From assembly GCA_049699815.1 (NCBI GenBank), contig JBNAWO010000003.1, positions 1 to 55,857 on the forward strand: a stretch of DNA of 55,857 nt, written 5' to 3'. Shown one piece after another: positions 8,698-19,019 of the stretch (position 1 is its first letter; each line of letters starts with the position of its first letter). The stretch comes from Ignavibacteria bacterium. GTDB lineage: Bacteria > Bacteroidota > Ignavibacteria > Ch128b. Under the pieces are notes generated by a model. That model was not told the origin of the DNA, did no database searches, and saw only the letters and a list, made by a program, of their open reading frames with translations. The position numbers and the translations under genes are program-made.

Positions 8698-10116
8698 TTA
8701 TTTCTGTGATTTTTGACTTTCTTCTTTTGGAACAACTGCAGCCATAAATTCAGCTTCTGCTGCAAGATTTCCGTCTACAATTGCACGACCTTTCATTGTA
8801 AAAGTTTTGCTTCTTGAATTAACAAGTTCAACTTCAAGAATCAATTGATCACCCGGAACTACAGGTTTTCTAAATTTTGCATTATTAATAGCCATAAAGT
8901 AAACCAAGCTATTTTCAAAATCAGGAATTGAATTTAAAAGTAATATTCCACTTGTTTGAGCTAGTGCTTCAATGATCAGTACACCCGGCATTACCATTTG
9001 TCCAGGAAAGTGTCCCTGAAAATATGGTTCGTTAATGGTTACATTTTTAATTCCAACAACTTTCTCGCCCATTTTCAATTCAACGATTTTATCGACAAGA
9101 ACAAAAGGATAACGATGGGGAAGAATTCGCAGGATTGCGTTTGCATCAAAAACAACACCTTCCTTTTTGATGAACTGATATTTCTTTTCAAGTTTTTTCT
9201 GTTGATATAGTTTTCTTATCATTCGAGCAAATTCAACATTTGCTCTGTGACCTGGACGAGCCGCTAAAATTTGAGCTTTGAGCGGGACACCAATCAATGC
9301 AAGATCGCCAATTAAATCAAGAACTTTGTGTCGTGCTGGTTCATTTTTAAATCGAAGTGTTTCATTATTTAAAATTCCATTTTCACCGATAAACAATGGG
9401 TGTTGTATATTTAACTTTTGCGCTAAATTTTTTAATTCATCTTCACTCAGCTTTCTATCAACAATAACAACAGCGTTATCAATATCTCCGCCTTTAATTA
9501 GATTTTGATTAACAAGTTGTTCAACTTCGCTTAAGAAACAAAATGTTCGAGCAGTTGAATATTCAGTAATGAATTCTTTTTCAAGAGAAAACAAACTTGA
9601 GTGTTGACTTCCAAGAGCGGGATTGTTGTAATCAATCATTATAGTTATTCTAAAATCATCAAGCGGAAGAGCAACTATATCAATTCCCTTCTCTTCATCA
9701 TGATACATTACAGTCTGATCAATTACTAAATAATCTTTTGGAGCTTCCTGTTCGACAATTCCGGCTTCAAGGAGAGCATCGACATATAGTTTTGCACTTC
9801 CGTCACCAATTGGTGGTTCAATTCCATCGAGTTCAATTTTCAAATTGTCAATCTTCAATCCATAAACAGCAGCTAAAACATGCTCAACAGTGTGAACCTT
9901 TGCCTCACCCACTGCAATTGTAGTCCCTCGTGAAACATCAATAACATTTTCAACTATTGCAGGAATCTCAGGATTACCACCAAGATCAACTCGAATAAAT
10001 CTTATACCGTAATTCTCTGGTGCTGGTTTAAATGTCATTGTACATTCAGTGCCGGTATGAATTCCAATTCCTGAAACTGTTACGGGTTTGGCAATAGTTC
10101 TCTGTTGTTCAACCAT
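8698..10116 (-). CDS. lpxC/fabZ: Bifunctional UDP-3-O-acyl-GlcNAc deacetylase / 3-hydroxyacyl-ACP dehydratase
   Basis: 472 aa. The N-terminal LpxC part shows GIGIHTG and HTVEHVLAA. The C-terminal FabZ hot-dog part shows LPHRYPFVLVD and FQGHFPG. Confidence 0.92.
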   Translation of the reverse strand: MVEQQRTIAKPVTVSGIGIHTGTECTMTFKPAPENYGIRFIRVDLGGNPEIPAIVENVIDVSRGTTIAVGEAKVHTVEHVLAAVYGLKIDNLKIELDGIEPPIGDGSAKLYVDALLEAGIVEQEAPKDYLVIDQTVMYHDEEKGIDIVALPLDDFRITIMIDYNNPALGSQHSSLFSLEKEFITEYSTARTFCFLSEVEQLVNQNLIKGGDIDNAVVIVDRKLSEDELKNLAQKLNIQHPLFIGENGILNNETLRFKNEPARHKVLDLIGDLALIGVPLKAQILAARPGHRANVEFARMIRKLYQQKKLEKKYQFIKKEGVVFDANAILRILPHRYPFVLVDKIVELKMGEKVVGIKNVTINEPYFQGHFPGQMVMPGVLIIEALAQTSGILLLNSIPDFENSLVYFMAINNAKFRKPVVPGDQLILEVELVNSRSKTFTMKGRAIVDGNLAAEAEFMAAVVPKEESQKSQK

Positions 10117-10126
10117 AAAGATACTC

Positions 10127-11173
10127 CTATTTTTTTTCTTTTAATCTTTGTTCAAGCTCATCAATTTTTTTATTTAGTTCAAATAATTTTTCTCTCAGCT
10201 CTGGAAGATTTCTAATTAGTGCGTTTAGTTTAAATGCTTCTCTAACTTCCATTGCTGGATAACCAAAATAAACTTTTCCTTTTTTCAAATTATGAGACAC
10301 ACCAGATTGAGCCATTACAACAACATCATCTTCAACTTCAATATGATCAGCAAAACCTACCTGACCTGCAATGACTACATTGTTTCCAACTTTGGTACTT
10401 CCGGCAAATCCAGTTTGACCCGATATCGCACAATTTTCACCGATAACCACATTGTGAGCAATCTGGACAAGGTTATCTATCTTTGTCCCTTTTTTAATTC
10501 TTGTCTCTCCAATTGTTGCTCGATCAATGCAGGTGTTTGCACCAATTTCCACATCGTCTTCAAGTACAACAATTCCAATCTGTGGAATTTTCTTATAGGT
10601 TTTATCTTGTTTTTTATAATAACCAAATCCATCGCTCCCAATTACGGCACCAGCATGAATAATATTTCGTTTTCCAATTTTACATCTTTCTCTAATAGTT
10701 ACATTTGAATAAATAATTGTATCGTCACCAATTTCTACATCATTAAGAATTGAGACATTTGAGTAAATCATTACATTATTACCAATTTTACAATTCTTTC
10801 CAATTGAAACATTCTCTCCGCATCTGAAATTTTCTCCAAATGAAAAATTCACATCCTCAGCCTTTTTATCAAATAAAGGTGGGAGTTCAATTTCGGGAAT
10901 GAAAAACTTTTCAATTACCTGTATGAATGCGAAATATGGGTCCGCGACTTTAATTAAAGTGAGAGCTGGAAAGTTTTTGGTGAAGTCTTTTTTTACAAGA
11001 ATAGCAAAAGAAGAAGCAGGAGTTAAAAACTTTACATATTTATCTTGATATAAAAATGTGAGATCATTTTCGCCTGCTTCTTCTATTTTTGCAACATTTT
11101 TAATTATTTTATTTTTATTTCCAATAACTTCACCATCAACCAGCGAAGCAATATCTTCAACTTTAATAATCAT
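10127..11173 (-). CDS. lpxD: UDP-3-O-acylglucosamine N-acyltransferase
   Basis: 348 aa with hexapeptide repeats and a C-terminal coiled-coil tail, in the canonical position in the lpx cluster. Confidence 0.9.
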   Translation of the reverse strand: MIIKVEDIASLVDGEVIGNKNKIIKNVAKIEEAGENDLTFLYQDKYVKFLTPASSFAILVKKDFTKNFPALTLIKVADPYFAFIQVIEKFFIPEIELPPLFDKKAEDVNFSFGENFRCGENVSIGKNCKIGNNVMIYSNVSILNDVEIGDDTIIYSNVTIRERCKIGKRNIIHAGAVIGSDGFGYYKKQDKTYKKIPQIGIVVLEDDVEIGANTCIDRATIGETRIKKGTKIDNLVQIAHNVVIGENCAISGQTGFAGSTKVGNNVVIAGQVGFADHIEVEDDVVVMAQSGVSHNLKKGKVYFGYPAMEVREAFKLNALIRNLPELREKLFELNKKIDELEQRLKEKK

Positions 11174-11177
11174 AAAA

Positions 11178-11681
11178 TTACTTTAATGCTTGTAGAACTT
11201 TGTTTGTTAGATCATATTTTTCATTTGCGTAAAGTAGGAGAATTTCTCCACTCTTATCGAAAACGAAATCGTATCCTTCATCTTTTGCAATTTTTTCGAG
11301 AGCATTAAAAATTTTATTCTGAATTGGTTTCATAAACTCTTCTTGTTTCTGGAAGAGTTCACCATTTTGTCCGAATTTTTGCTCACGGAATTGGATAATT
11401 CTGTTTTCAAGATCGACAAGTTCTTTTTCTTTTTCAGCTCTTGTTTGATCGCTCATAATTAATTTATCGCGATCATATGCATCATACTTTTGCTTCCATT
11501 CTGATTCAAGTTTGCGGAGTTCTGTCTGCCATTCCTGAACTAAATTATCCAGCTTTCTTTGTGCATCCTGAGCTTCTGGAAGCTCTTTCATTATTGCCTC
11601 AGAATTTATGTAACCGATTTTAACCTGAGCAAAAATCGGAAATACAAAAAGCAATGCGGAGAGAATGATTAGCTTTTTCAT
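11178..11681 (-). CDS. skp: OmpH/Skp family periplasmic chaperone
   Basis: 167 aa with a signal peptide and a charged coiled-coil-rich sequence, located between bamA and lpxD. Confidence 0.85.
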   Translation of the reverse strand: MKKLIILSALLFVFPIFAQVKIGYINSEAIMKELPEAQDAQRKLDNLVQEWQTELRKLESEWKQKYDAYDRDKLIMSDQTRAEKEKELVDLENRIIQFREQKFGQNGELFQKQEEFMKPIQNKIFNALEKIAKDEGYDFVFDKSGEILLLYANEKYDLTNKVLQALK

Positions 11682-11694
11682 AAAAGCCCCTTGT

Positions 11695-12228
11695 TTATTT
11701 TACTTTCCCGCGTCTTAATTGATCTAGAACTTTGAAAGTTAAATCGTAAGATGGATCTGAATAAAGAACAACTACATCTCCAGCTTTATCAAACACAATA
11801 GTTACTTTTTCTTCTTTAGCAACTTTTTCAATTGCTTTGATGATGTTTTGCTTGATTGGATTAAGCAATTCATCTTGCTTTTGTGCAAATTCACCTTGTT
11901 GTCCAAATTTTGCTTGTCGGAAATTATAAATTTCCTGTTCAAGTTTCATTATCTCTTGTTGCTCTTTAAGTTTTACTTCTTCGCTCATCAAAGCTTCTTG
12001 CTTACGATAGTTGTCGATTCTGTCTTGATATTGCATAGAGAGACTATCGAGCTGCGATTGCCATTTCTTAACTATTTCATTTAATTGGTCTTGAGCTTTT
12101 TTGTATTCAGGAAGCTGACTTAAAATTATTTCTGAGTCTACAACACCAATTTTTACTTGTGGTTGTTGTGCTAATAATAATGTGGATGCAAGAAATATGA
12201 ATGGTAAAATTAATTTAAACGTTTTCAC
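11695..12228 (-). CDS. skp: OmpH/Skp family periplasmic chaperone (second copy)
   Basis: 177 aa, paralogous to the adjacent gene (KIGVVDSE..., FDKAGD..VLY). GTG start preceded by AAGAGG. Confidence 0.85.
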   Translation of the reverse strand: MKTFKLILPFIFLASTLLLAQQPQVKIGVVDSEIILSQLPEYKKAQDQLNEIVKKWQSQLDSLSMQYQDRIDNYRKQEALMSEEVKLKEQQEIMKLEQEIYNFRQAKFGQQGEFAQKQDELLNPIKQNIIKAIEKVAKEEKVTIVFDKAGDVVVLYSDPSYDLTFKVLDQLRRGKVK

Positions 12229-12255
12229 TTCTAACCTCTTAATTTGTTATTGTTT

Positions 12256-14769
12256 TTACATTCCTCTTCCGAATTGAAAATGGAAGATCCATTGCGGATC
12301 GTAACCACTAACAGATTTTCTATCGAATCCATAACCAAAATCGAATCCAATCATACCTATAGGATTTATCAGAACACGAGCACCGAAACCGACACTTCTT
12401 TTTAAGTCAAATATATTAACATCTTTCATATCTCTCCAGACATTTCCTGCTTCAGCAAAAGCGAGAACATATAAAGGCATTGGCTGGAGAGTGACTGCTA
12501 ATCTTAATTCAAAAGTATTTCGAGAAAATATCTTTCCACCAATTACATTTCCATTAACATTCTTCGGACCAATTGATCGATCATCATAACCTCGCAAGGG
12601 TTCTGTCGCAATAATCAAACCGCTTCCACCCATATAATAATATTCAAAAGGTTGAATTGGTGTATTGGGCACAAGTTCATAGATAAATCCATAATAATTT
12701 CCTAAGAACAAAGTAATCTTATTTGAACCAAATAATCTTCGATAAACTTCGAGATTAATATCTGTTTTTAAGTAATCAACATCACCAGGCAAAAAAGGTC
12801 CACCAGATAAATCGAAATCAATCCCAAGATTACTTCCAGTGCTCGGAAAGATTGGATTATCAATATCTTTTCTTCCAAATCCAAAAGTTAAAGAGTATTG
12901 TTTATACATTCCTTCACGATAGTAACCACCACCACCTTTCACATCATTCATATAATATCTGAAACTTCCATTAACCATAAAGTAATCATCGGGCCAGGAA
13001 AGTCTTCTACCAACTCTGATGCTTCCACCGTATTGTCTTAATTCATAAATGTAAATCTGCCTTGTATCAAAAACATCAAAACCGATTGATGTGGGCGTAT
13101 CCATAAACCAGGGTTCAGTGAATCCGAGCTGGAAAGTTCTGTAATAATTTCCAATTCCAAATTGCCAGTTGAAATTTAAGACCTGTCCACCGCCAAGAGT
13201 AAATGGATGTGCGAGAGAGAAGTTTGTTAATGTGATACCAACTGCACCACTAAATCCCCAACTTCCACTATATCCTACCGAAGCATTTAAATAATCACTT
13301 GATTTTTCTTCAACTTTGTATGTTATATCTACAGTTGAATCTGATGTTGGGAAATAATCAAGACCCTCTTGATAAAGTTTTTCTGGATTAAAGTATTGAA
13401 GATTTGCAAGTTGCTGAAGACTTCTCAAAAGCAAAGCTCGATTGAAATAATCACCGGGTCGAGTAAACAATTCACGACGAATTACTTTATCCATTGTTTT
13501 ATCGTTCCCTTTGATTTCGACATATCCAATCTTGAATTGATTTCGTTCAGCAATTTTAATAATGATATCGAGCGAATCTTCTGCAACCTTTATCTCTTCG
13601 GTTTTAAGTGAAAATCCTAGATAACCATTATCAAAGTAAAGTGAAGAAACATCTGACTGTTGTTCGTTCTGCCTTAAATTCCTTTCAAATTTTTCGTAAT
13701 CGAAAACATCGCCTTTTTCGAATCCTAATCGTTTATTCAAAACATCTGTTGGAAAGACTGTATTCCCTACCCACTGGATGTTTCTAATTTTGTATTGAGG
13801 ACCTTCATAAAGGTAAATGTCTAAAAAGAGATTTTTCTTACTTTCATCCAAATAGATTGAATCTTTTAGAATTGTTGCGTCAATGTAACCATTCTTTTTA
13901 TAAAATTTTATTAATGCTTCTTTATCTTTTTCAAAGTTTTTCTTATCGAATTTTTCTTTCTTCCAGAATCGCCACCATCTCTTTTCAACTGTTTCATCAA
14001 ATTCTCTGATTAATTTACTTTTAGAGAAATTTTTATTCCCATAAAAATTAATCTGTTTTACAAGAATTACATTACCTTCATCAATTTTAATTTTCAATAA
14101 AACTCTATTTTGAATTCTTCTAATTGTTTCTGCATCTGGTTTGTCGCTAAGATTTATTTCGGTTGTGTAAGTGTCTTCTGGATCATATTTATTAACCCAG
14201 TGAATGAGGAGTTTCTTCTTTGTTGTATCAACTTTTGAAAATTCAAGAAGTGTTGTTGTAACTTCTGCATTGAGCATCCCTTTATCTTCATAAAGACGCA
14301 AGATGCTTCTTTTTAACTTACTTATATCTTGAGGTTTTAATGTTTGACCTCTTATTAATGTAACCTCCTTCTTAAGATCTTTTTCACCAATCTCGTCATT
14401 CCCAACAAACACAAAATCTTCAAGTCGTGGAAATTCTTGTACTTTTATTAAGATATAAATACCATCACCAATTTGTCGTTCTTTAATTAATTGAACATCG
14501 GAAAAAATATTTAAGGCAAGAATTCTTTTTATTGCATTGATGGTTGCATCACCTGGAACTTGAATTACATCACCAATTTTGAGTCCACTCGATGCAATAA
14601 TCACAGTTGGATCAGCCGTTACATTTCCTTCAACTGAAAGTCCAAGAATTTTATAGGTTGGTAAACCTTGTTGAGCAAAAGCTTTGCTGGACAAGAAAAA
14701 GCTTATAATTATGATAAAAAAGATTTGAATATTATTTCCTTTGTTTGAGAAGAAGAGCATTTTTTCCAT
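12256..14769 (-). CDS. bamA: Outer membrane protein assembly factor BamA
   Basis: 837 aa with a signal peptide, POTRA-like repeats and a C-terminal Omp85 barrel ending ...FHFQFGRGM. Confidence 0.9.
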   Translation of the reverse strand: MEKMLFFSNKGNNIQIFFIIIISFFLSSKAFAQQGLPTYKILGLSVEGNVTADPTVIIASSGLKIGDVIQVPGDATINAIKRILALNIFSDVQLIKERQIGDGIYILIKVQEFPRLEDFVFVGNDEIGEKDLKKEVTLIRGQTLKPQDISKLKRSILRLYEDKGMLNAEVTTTLLEFSKVDTTKKKLLIHWVNKYDPEDTYTTEINLSDKPDAETIRRIQNRVLLKIKIDEGNVILVKQINFYGNKNFSKSKLIREFDETVEKRWWRFWKKEKFDKKNFEKDKEALIKFYKKNGYIDATILKDSIYLDESKKNLFLDIYLYEGPQYKIRNIQWVGNTVFPTDVLNKRLGFEKGDVFDYEKFERNLRQNEQQSDVSSLYFDNGYLGFSLKTEEIKVAEDSLDIIIKIAERNQFKIGYVEIKGNDKTMDKVIRRELFTRPGDYFNRALLLRSLQQLANLQYFNPEKLYQEGLDYFPTSDSTVDITYKVEEKSSDYLNASVGYSGSWGFSGAVGITLTNFSLAHPFTLGGGQVLNFNWQFGIGNYYRTFQLGFTEPWFMDTPTSIGFDVFDTRQIYIYELRQYGGSIRVGRRLSWPDDYFMVNGSFRYYMNDVKGGGGYYREGMYKQYSLTFGFGRKDIDNPIFPSTGSNLGIDFDLSGGPFLPGDVDYLKTDINLEVYRRLFGSNKITLFLGNYYGFIYELVPNTPIQPFEYYYMGGSGLIIATEPLRGYDDRSIGPKNVNGNVIGGKIFSRNTFELRLAVTLQPMPLYVLAFAEAGNVWRDMKDVNIFDLKRSVGFGARVLINPIGMIGFDFGYGFDRKSVSGYDPQWIFHFQFGRGM

Positions 14770-15532
14770 ATCCTTTTACCTGTTCGCTGACCAAACCGAA
14801 TTTTCTTTCTCTTTTTTGATAATCTTCAATTGCTTTATAAAGTTCATTTCTTCTGAAATCGGGCCAGAGAGTTTCTGTAACATAGAGTTCTGTATAAGCA
14901 ATTTCCCATAACAAGAAATTACTAACTCTCATTTCGCCACTTGTTCTGATAAGTAAATCCGGTTCAGGGAATTCAGCAGTTGAAAGAAATTTTTTGAAAG
15001 TTTCTTCATTGATTTCTGATTTTTTAATTTTTTTATTTGCCACACTATCAGCAATTTTTCTTGTTGCTTGAAGTATATCCCATCTTCCTGAGTAACTAAG
15101 AGCTAAAATTAAATTCAATCTGGTATTGTTTTCAGTTTTTTTAATTGCTTCTTTCAATTGTTTTTGAACTGCCTCGGGTAAACTTTCAAAATCACCAATC
15201 ATTCTTAGGCGAATATTGTTTTTGTGAAGTTCATCTGTTTCAGTTTTCAAAGTTTTTAGAAGTAATTTCATTAAGGTTGAAACTTCTTCTTTTGGTCGCC
15301 TCCAGTTTTCAGTAGAGAAAGCATAAAGAGTTAAATATTCAATTCCAAGTTGAGCGCAGGCTTCAACAACATCCCTAACAGATTTTACACCTTCTGAGTG
15401 ACCTGCAACACGAGGCAAACCTCTTTTCTTTGCCCATCTGCCATTACCATCCATTATAATGGCGATATGTCTTGGTAAATTTCCTTTATTTTTAAGCTTT
15501 TCCTGAAGTTTTTGGTCCTCAGTCGATTGCAC
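14732..15532 (-). CDS. uppS: Undecaprenyl diphosphate synthase
   Basis: 266 aa with HIAIIMDGNGRWA and FSTENWRRP motifs. GTG start; the 3' end overlaps the bamA ORF by 38 nt. Confidence 0.92.
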   Translation of the reverse strand: MQSTEDQKLQEKLKNKGNLPRHIAIIMDGNGRWAKKRGLPRVAGHSEGVKSVRDVVEACAQLGIEYLTLYAFSTENWRRPKEEVSTLMKLLLKTLKTETDELHKNNIRLRMIGDFESLPEAVQKQLKEAIKKTENNTRLNLILALSYSGRWDILQATRKIADSVANKKIKKSEINEETFKKFLSTAEFPEPDLLIRTSGEMRVSNFLLWEIAYTELYVTETLWPDFRRNELYKAIEDYQKRERKFGLVSEQVKGYGKNALLLKQRK

Positions 15533-15974
15533 TCTCTTTAACCACTTTCATTTAATTTATTAAAGCAAAACAATTTACTAAGATTAAAATGAAAAAAAAA
15601 TAAGAATGAGAATATTCAAAATAGAATCAGTTTTATCGATTTTAATAAAAAGATTAGAAAATGTTTCAGAAATGTTAAAGATAATTTTATTTTGTTATTA
15701 GTAAAATCTTTGTAAGAGTCGTGTATGTTTTTTTATTGAAAGAAAAAACTATTTCATAATTATGCGTTATTATTTCTTGATTGAAGAAATCATCAATTTT
15801 TTTGAATATATAACTAAAATCTCTTTTTAATTCCCAACTTCTTTCTGGATTACTCTTATCAAATAAAACAATGTAAAGCCTATTATCGGATCCGAATCTT
15901 TTTATTACTAATTAAAATTCCATAACGAATTTTTTATATTTGTCAAAACCACAAATAAAATTGGAGATTTAAAA

Positions 15975-17030
15975 ATGACAATAGATGAGATTGTAAAACT
16001 TTTGGGCAATGAAGCAGACTATCTTTTAAAGCATGAATGTAAAACCGTTACAAAAGAAATGCTTCATCTTCCAGGACCTGACTTTGTAGATAGAATTTTT
16101 ATTCCTTCTGATAGAAATCCACAGGTTCTGAGAAATCTTCAACTCTTATTTAATACAGGTCGATTGGCTGGAACGGGTTATCTTTCAATTCTTCCAGTGG
16201 ATCAAGGGATTGAACACTCAGCTGGCGCCTCATTTGCACCAAATCCAATCTATTTCGATCCAGAAAATATTGTAAAACTTGCAATTGAAGGCGGTTGCAA
16301 TGCTGTTGCATCAACTCTTGGAGTTTTAGGCTCAGTTGCAAGAAAATATGCTCACAAAATTCCTTTCATACTTAAAATAAATCACAATGAATTTTTAAGC
16401 TATCCAAACACTTACGATCAAATTCTTTTTGCTTCTGTTAAACAAGCTTTTGATCTGGGCGCTGTTGCAGTAGGTGCAACAATTTACTATGGTTCAGCTG
16501 AATCAAAAAGACAAATTCAAGAAATTTCTCAAGCATTTCAGTATGCACATGAACTTGGAATGGTCACAATTCTCTGGTGTTATTTAAGGAATTCTGCATT
16601 CAAAGTTGGTGATAAAGATTATCATGTTGCAGCTGACTTAACTGGCCAGGCAAACCACTTAGGTGCAACAATTGAAGCAGATATTATTAAGCAAAAATTA
16701 CCTGAAACAAACGGCGGTTATAACGCACTGAAATTTGGAAAGACACACAAAAAAGTTTACGAGCAACTCACAAGCGATCATCCAATTGATTTGACAAGAT
16801 ATCAAGTTGTGAACAATTATATGGGTCGGATTGGATTAATCAATTCCGGTGGTCCTTCCGGAGAAAATGATTTTGCTGAAGCGGTTAGAACTGCTGTTAT
16901 AAACAAGAGAGCCGGTGGAATGGGATTGATCTCTGGTCGTAAAGCTTTCCAGAAACCAATGAATGAAGGTGTGAAATTACTCAATGCAATTCAGGATGTT
17001 TATCTCTGTAAAGAAGTAACTGTTGCATAA
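15975..17030 (+). CDS. fbaB: Class I fructose-bisphosphate aldolase (FbaB/DhnA type)
   Basis: 351 aa, near-colinear with E. coli FbaB as I recall it ([39 protein letters not shown]). Confidence 0.92.
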   Translation: MTIDEIVKLLGNEADYLLKHECKTVTKEMLHLPGPDFVDRIFIPSDRNPQVLRNLQLLFNTGRLAGTGYLSILPVDQGIEHSAGASFAPNPIYFDPENIVKLAIEGGCNAVASTLGVLGSVARKYAHKIPFILKINHNEFLSYPNTYDQILFASVKQAFDLGAVAVGATIYYGSAESKRQIQEISQAFQYAHELGMVTILWCYLRNSAFKVGDKDYHVAADLTGQANHLGATIEADIIKQKLPETNGGYNALKFGKTHKKVYEQLTSDHPIDLTRYQVVNNYMGRIGLINSGGPSGENDFAEAVRTAVINKRAGGMGLISGRKAFQKPMNEGVKLLNAIQDVYLCKEVTVA

Positions 17031-17050
17031 AAAATGAATTCATCAAGTTT

Positions 17051-17090
17051 AAACGCCAGTTTCAATTGCTGAGACTGGCGTTTTTTATTT
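17051..17090 (+). terminator. Rho-independent terminator of fbaB
   Basis: Stem AAACGCCAGT (17051..17060) / ACTGGCGTTT (17074..17083), extendable by 3 further pairs, followed by a T-run. Confidence 0.8.
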
Positions 17091-17281
17091 TAAATTCTCA
17101 AATCAAATCAATTAATGAAATTTTTATCTAAAAATAGTTTTGAGCAGTAGATTGTTAGTTTGATTTCGATTTCTATTTTCATAAAGTAAATTTTTCTTTT
17201 TTGCATATTCGTGAAATTTACTTCCCTTTGTTTTTTCTTTTATACAAATATTATCTTGAACTTAAAATTAGTGAGTTTATT

Positions 17282-17704
17282 ATGGTAAAAAAGATTGATC
17301 ACATTGGAATTGCTGTAAAAAATTTAGATCAAGCAATTAAAACATTTGAAAAACTTCTTAGAACGAACTGTTACAAACTAGAAATGGTCGAAGATCAAAA
17401 AGTGAATACTGCATTTCTAAAAGTCGGTGAAACAAAAATTGAATTGCTCGAAGCAACATCTCCAGAAAGTCCTATTGCAAAATTTATTGAAAAGCGAGGA
17501 GAAGGAATTCATCACATTGCTTTTGAAGTTGAAAATCTTCAAACTAAACTAAAAGAGCTCAAAGAATTAGATTTTCAACTGATAGATGAAAATCCAAGAC
17601 TTGGCGCAGAAAAATTTTTAATCGCTTTTGTTCATCCAAAATCTGTAAATGGGGTTCTAACAGAATTCTGTCAAAATCAAAATGAAAACAAAACTCAGGA
17701 ATAA
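17282..17704 (+). CDS. mce: Methylmalonyl-CoA epimerase / VOC (glyoxalase) family protein
   Basis: Start placed at [15 protein letters not shown] (ATG 17282). About 140 aa with HHIAFEV, typical of epimerases in this family. Confidence 0.75.
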   Translation: MVKKIDHIGIAVKNLDQAIKTFEKLLRTNCYKLEMVEDQKVNTAFLKVGETKIELLEATSPESPIAKFIEKRGEGIHHIAFEVENLQTKLKELKELDFQLIDENPRLGAEKFLIAFVHPKSVNGVLTEFCQNQNENKTQE

Positions 17705-17711
17705 CTTTAAA

Positions 17712-19019
17712 ATGAAAAGACTTTCTCTCTTAATTTTAATACTAACATTTGATCTATTTGCACAAAATGTAGACATCGAAAGCTATTATTTAAAAAATGG
17801 GATGAAAGTAATTCTTTCACCAAACAAAGAAGTTCCAAATATTTGCTTCCGAATATTTTTTAAGATAGGTGGTAAATACGAATCACCCGGCACAACAGGC
17901 ATTTCACACCTTTTTGAACATATGATGTTCAATGGTTCTAAAAAATTTAAGCCGGGAATGTTCGATAAAATCTTAGAAGAGAACGGTGGTTATTCGAACG
18001 GAAGCACCTGGAATGATTTTACAAATTATTGGGAAGAATTTAATTCGGATAAACTCGCTCTTATCTTAGAAATGGAAGCTGATAGAATGACTGCATTAAA
18101 ATTAGATAATGAAAATCTTGAACAGGAAAGATACATTGTTATGGAAGAAAGAAGATTAAGCGTCGACAACAATCCCCAGCAAAAAATGGAAGAAGAACTT
18201 TATGCAAACGCATTTGTTTCTCATCTTTATCGTCAACCTGTTATCGGCTGGATGAATGATTTGGAAAAAATCACTCTCGATGATTGTAAGTATTTTTACA
18301 AAACTTATTATTCGCCAAACAATTCAGTTTTAATCCTAACCGGCGATTTCAATAAAGTTCAAGCTAAAAGATTAATCTCAAAATATTTTGAGAAAATCCA
18401 GAAAGCCAATATTCCACAACAAAAAAGAATTATTGAACCAGAACAAAATGGAGAAAAAGTAATTTCACTTATTCAAGAAGTCGAACTTCCTTCTTTAATG
18501 ATTGGTTACAAATCTTGCTCGATTAACGATAGCGATTTTTATGCAATGGATTTGCTTGCTAATATCTTAAGTAAAGGATTAAGCTCAAGATTTAATAAAA
18601 TTTTAAGTGAAGAAAAAAAATTAATAACTGAAGCCTATGCCTCGCAGGACCAAATGGAGGATCCGGGACTCTTCAAAATTTATGCTCAAGCAAGAGGAGA
18701 TAAAGAATTTGAAAAACTTCTGCCGGAGATTGAAAAAATCTTAGAAGATATTAAAACAAAAGGTGTGACTTCGAACGAAATCGAAAAAGCAAAAAATTCA
18801 AAAGTCCTTGAATACTTCGATTTCTTCAAAACGAACGAATCTCTTTCATTTGCTCTTGGATATTTTGAAACTTTAACTGGAGATTATAATAATCTTTTTA
18901 AAGTCATAGATAAGTATGCAAAGGTAACTTCAGAGGATATTCAAAATGTCGCTCAGAAGTATTTTGCAAGTAATTCTAAAACAATCATTATCTCAAAACC
19001 AAAAAGTGATAAGCAATGA
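17712..19019 (+). CDS. M16 family zinc peptidase (active subunit)
   Basis: Signal peptide from MKRLSLLILIL. Inverted zinc motif HLFEHMMFNG (HxxEH). Confidence 0.85.
   Translation: MKRLSLLILILTFDLFAQNVDIESYYLKNGMKVILSPNKEVPNICFRIFFKIGGKYESPGTTGISHLFEHMMFNGSKKFKPGMFDKILEENGGYSNGSTWNDFTNYWEEFNSDKLALILEMEADRMTALKLDNENLEQERYIVMEERRLSVDNNPQQKMEEELYANAFVSHLYRQPVIGWMNDLEKITLDDCKYFYKTYYSPNNSVLILTGDFNKVQAKRLISKYFEKIQKANIPQQKRIIEPEQNGEKVISLIQEVELPSLMIGYKSCSINDSDFYAMDLLANILSKGLSSRFNKILSEEKKLITEAYASQDQMEDPGLFKIYAQARGDKEFEKLLPEIEKILEDIKTKGVTSNEIEKAKNSKVLEYFDFFKTNESLSFALGYFETLTGDYNNLFKVIDKYAKVTSEDIQNVAQKYFASNSKTIIISKPKSDKQ

Noticed and set aside
8691-8765. N-terminal extension of the lpxA ORF (MQQKLNLWLQ...)
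   Set aside because: It overlaps the 3' end of lpxC/fabZ and has no counterpart in LpxA proteins. The conserved sequence begins at MPEIHPTSIV (ATG 8690).
10292-10708. 138-aa ORF antisense to lpxD. The same applies to the other antisense ORFs in the track, e.g. 1596..1778, 6746..7024, 8998..9508, 36322..37072, 38359..38655, 48573..49310 and 49989..50427.
   Set aside because: All of them lie entirely inside well-supported longer genes on the other strand and have skewed, low-complexity composition typical of shadow ORFs.
11178-12228. Tandem duplicated skp/ompH genes, considered as a possible anomaly
   Set aside because: I recall two adjacent OmpH-family genes between bamA and lpxD being a common arrangement in FCB-group bacteria, so this is not unusual.
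14732-14769. 38-nt overlap between uppS and bamA, considered as a possible frameshift or fusion
   Set aside because: The two genes are in different frames and both proteins are complete. The overlap disappears or shrinks if bamA starts at a downstream Met, so this is ordinary start-codon ambiguity.
15690-15911. 74-codon minus-strand open frame without any ATG/GTG/TTG start, in the uppS-fbaB intergenic region (...RFGSDNRLYIVLFDKSNPERSWELKRDFSYIFKKIDDFFNQEII...)
   Set aside because: It is unusually long for AT-rich DNA and vaguely protein-like, so it could be a gene remnant. There is no start codon and no recognisable family, and it lies where divergent promoters are expected. The support is not enough to call it a feature.
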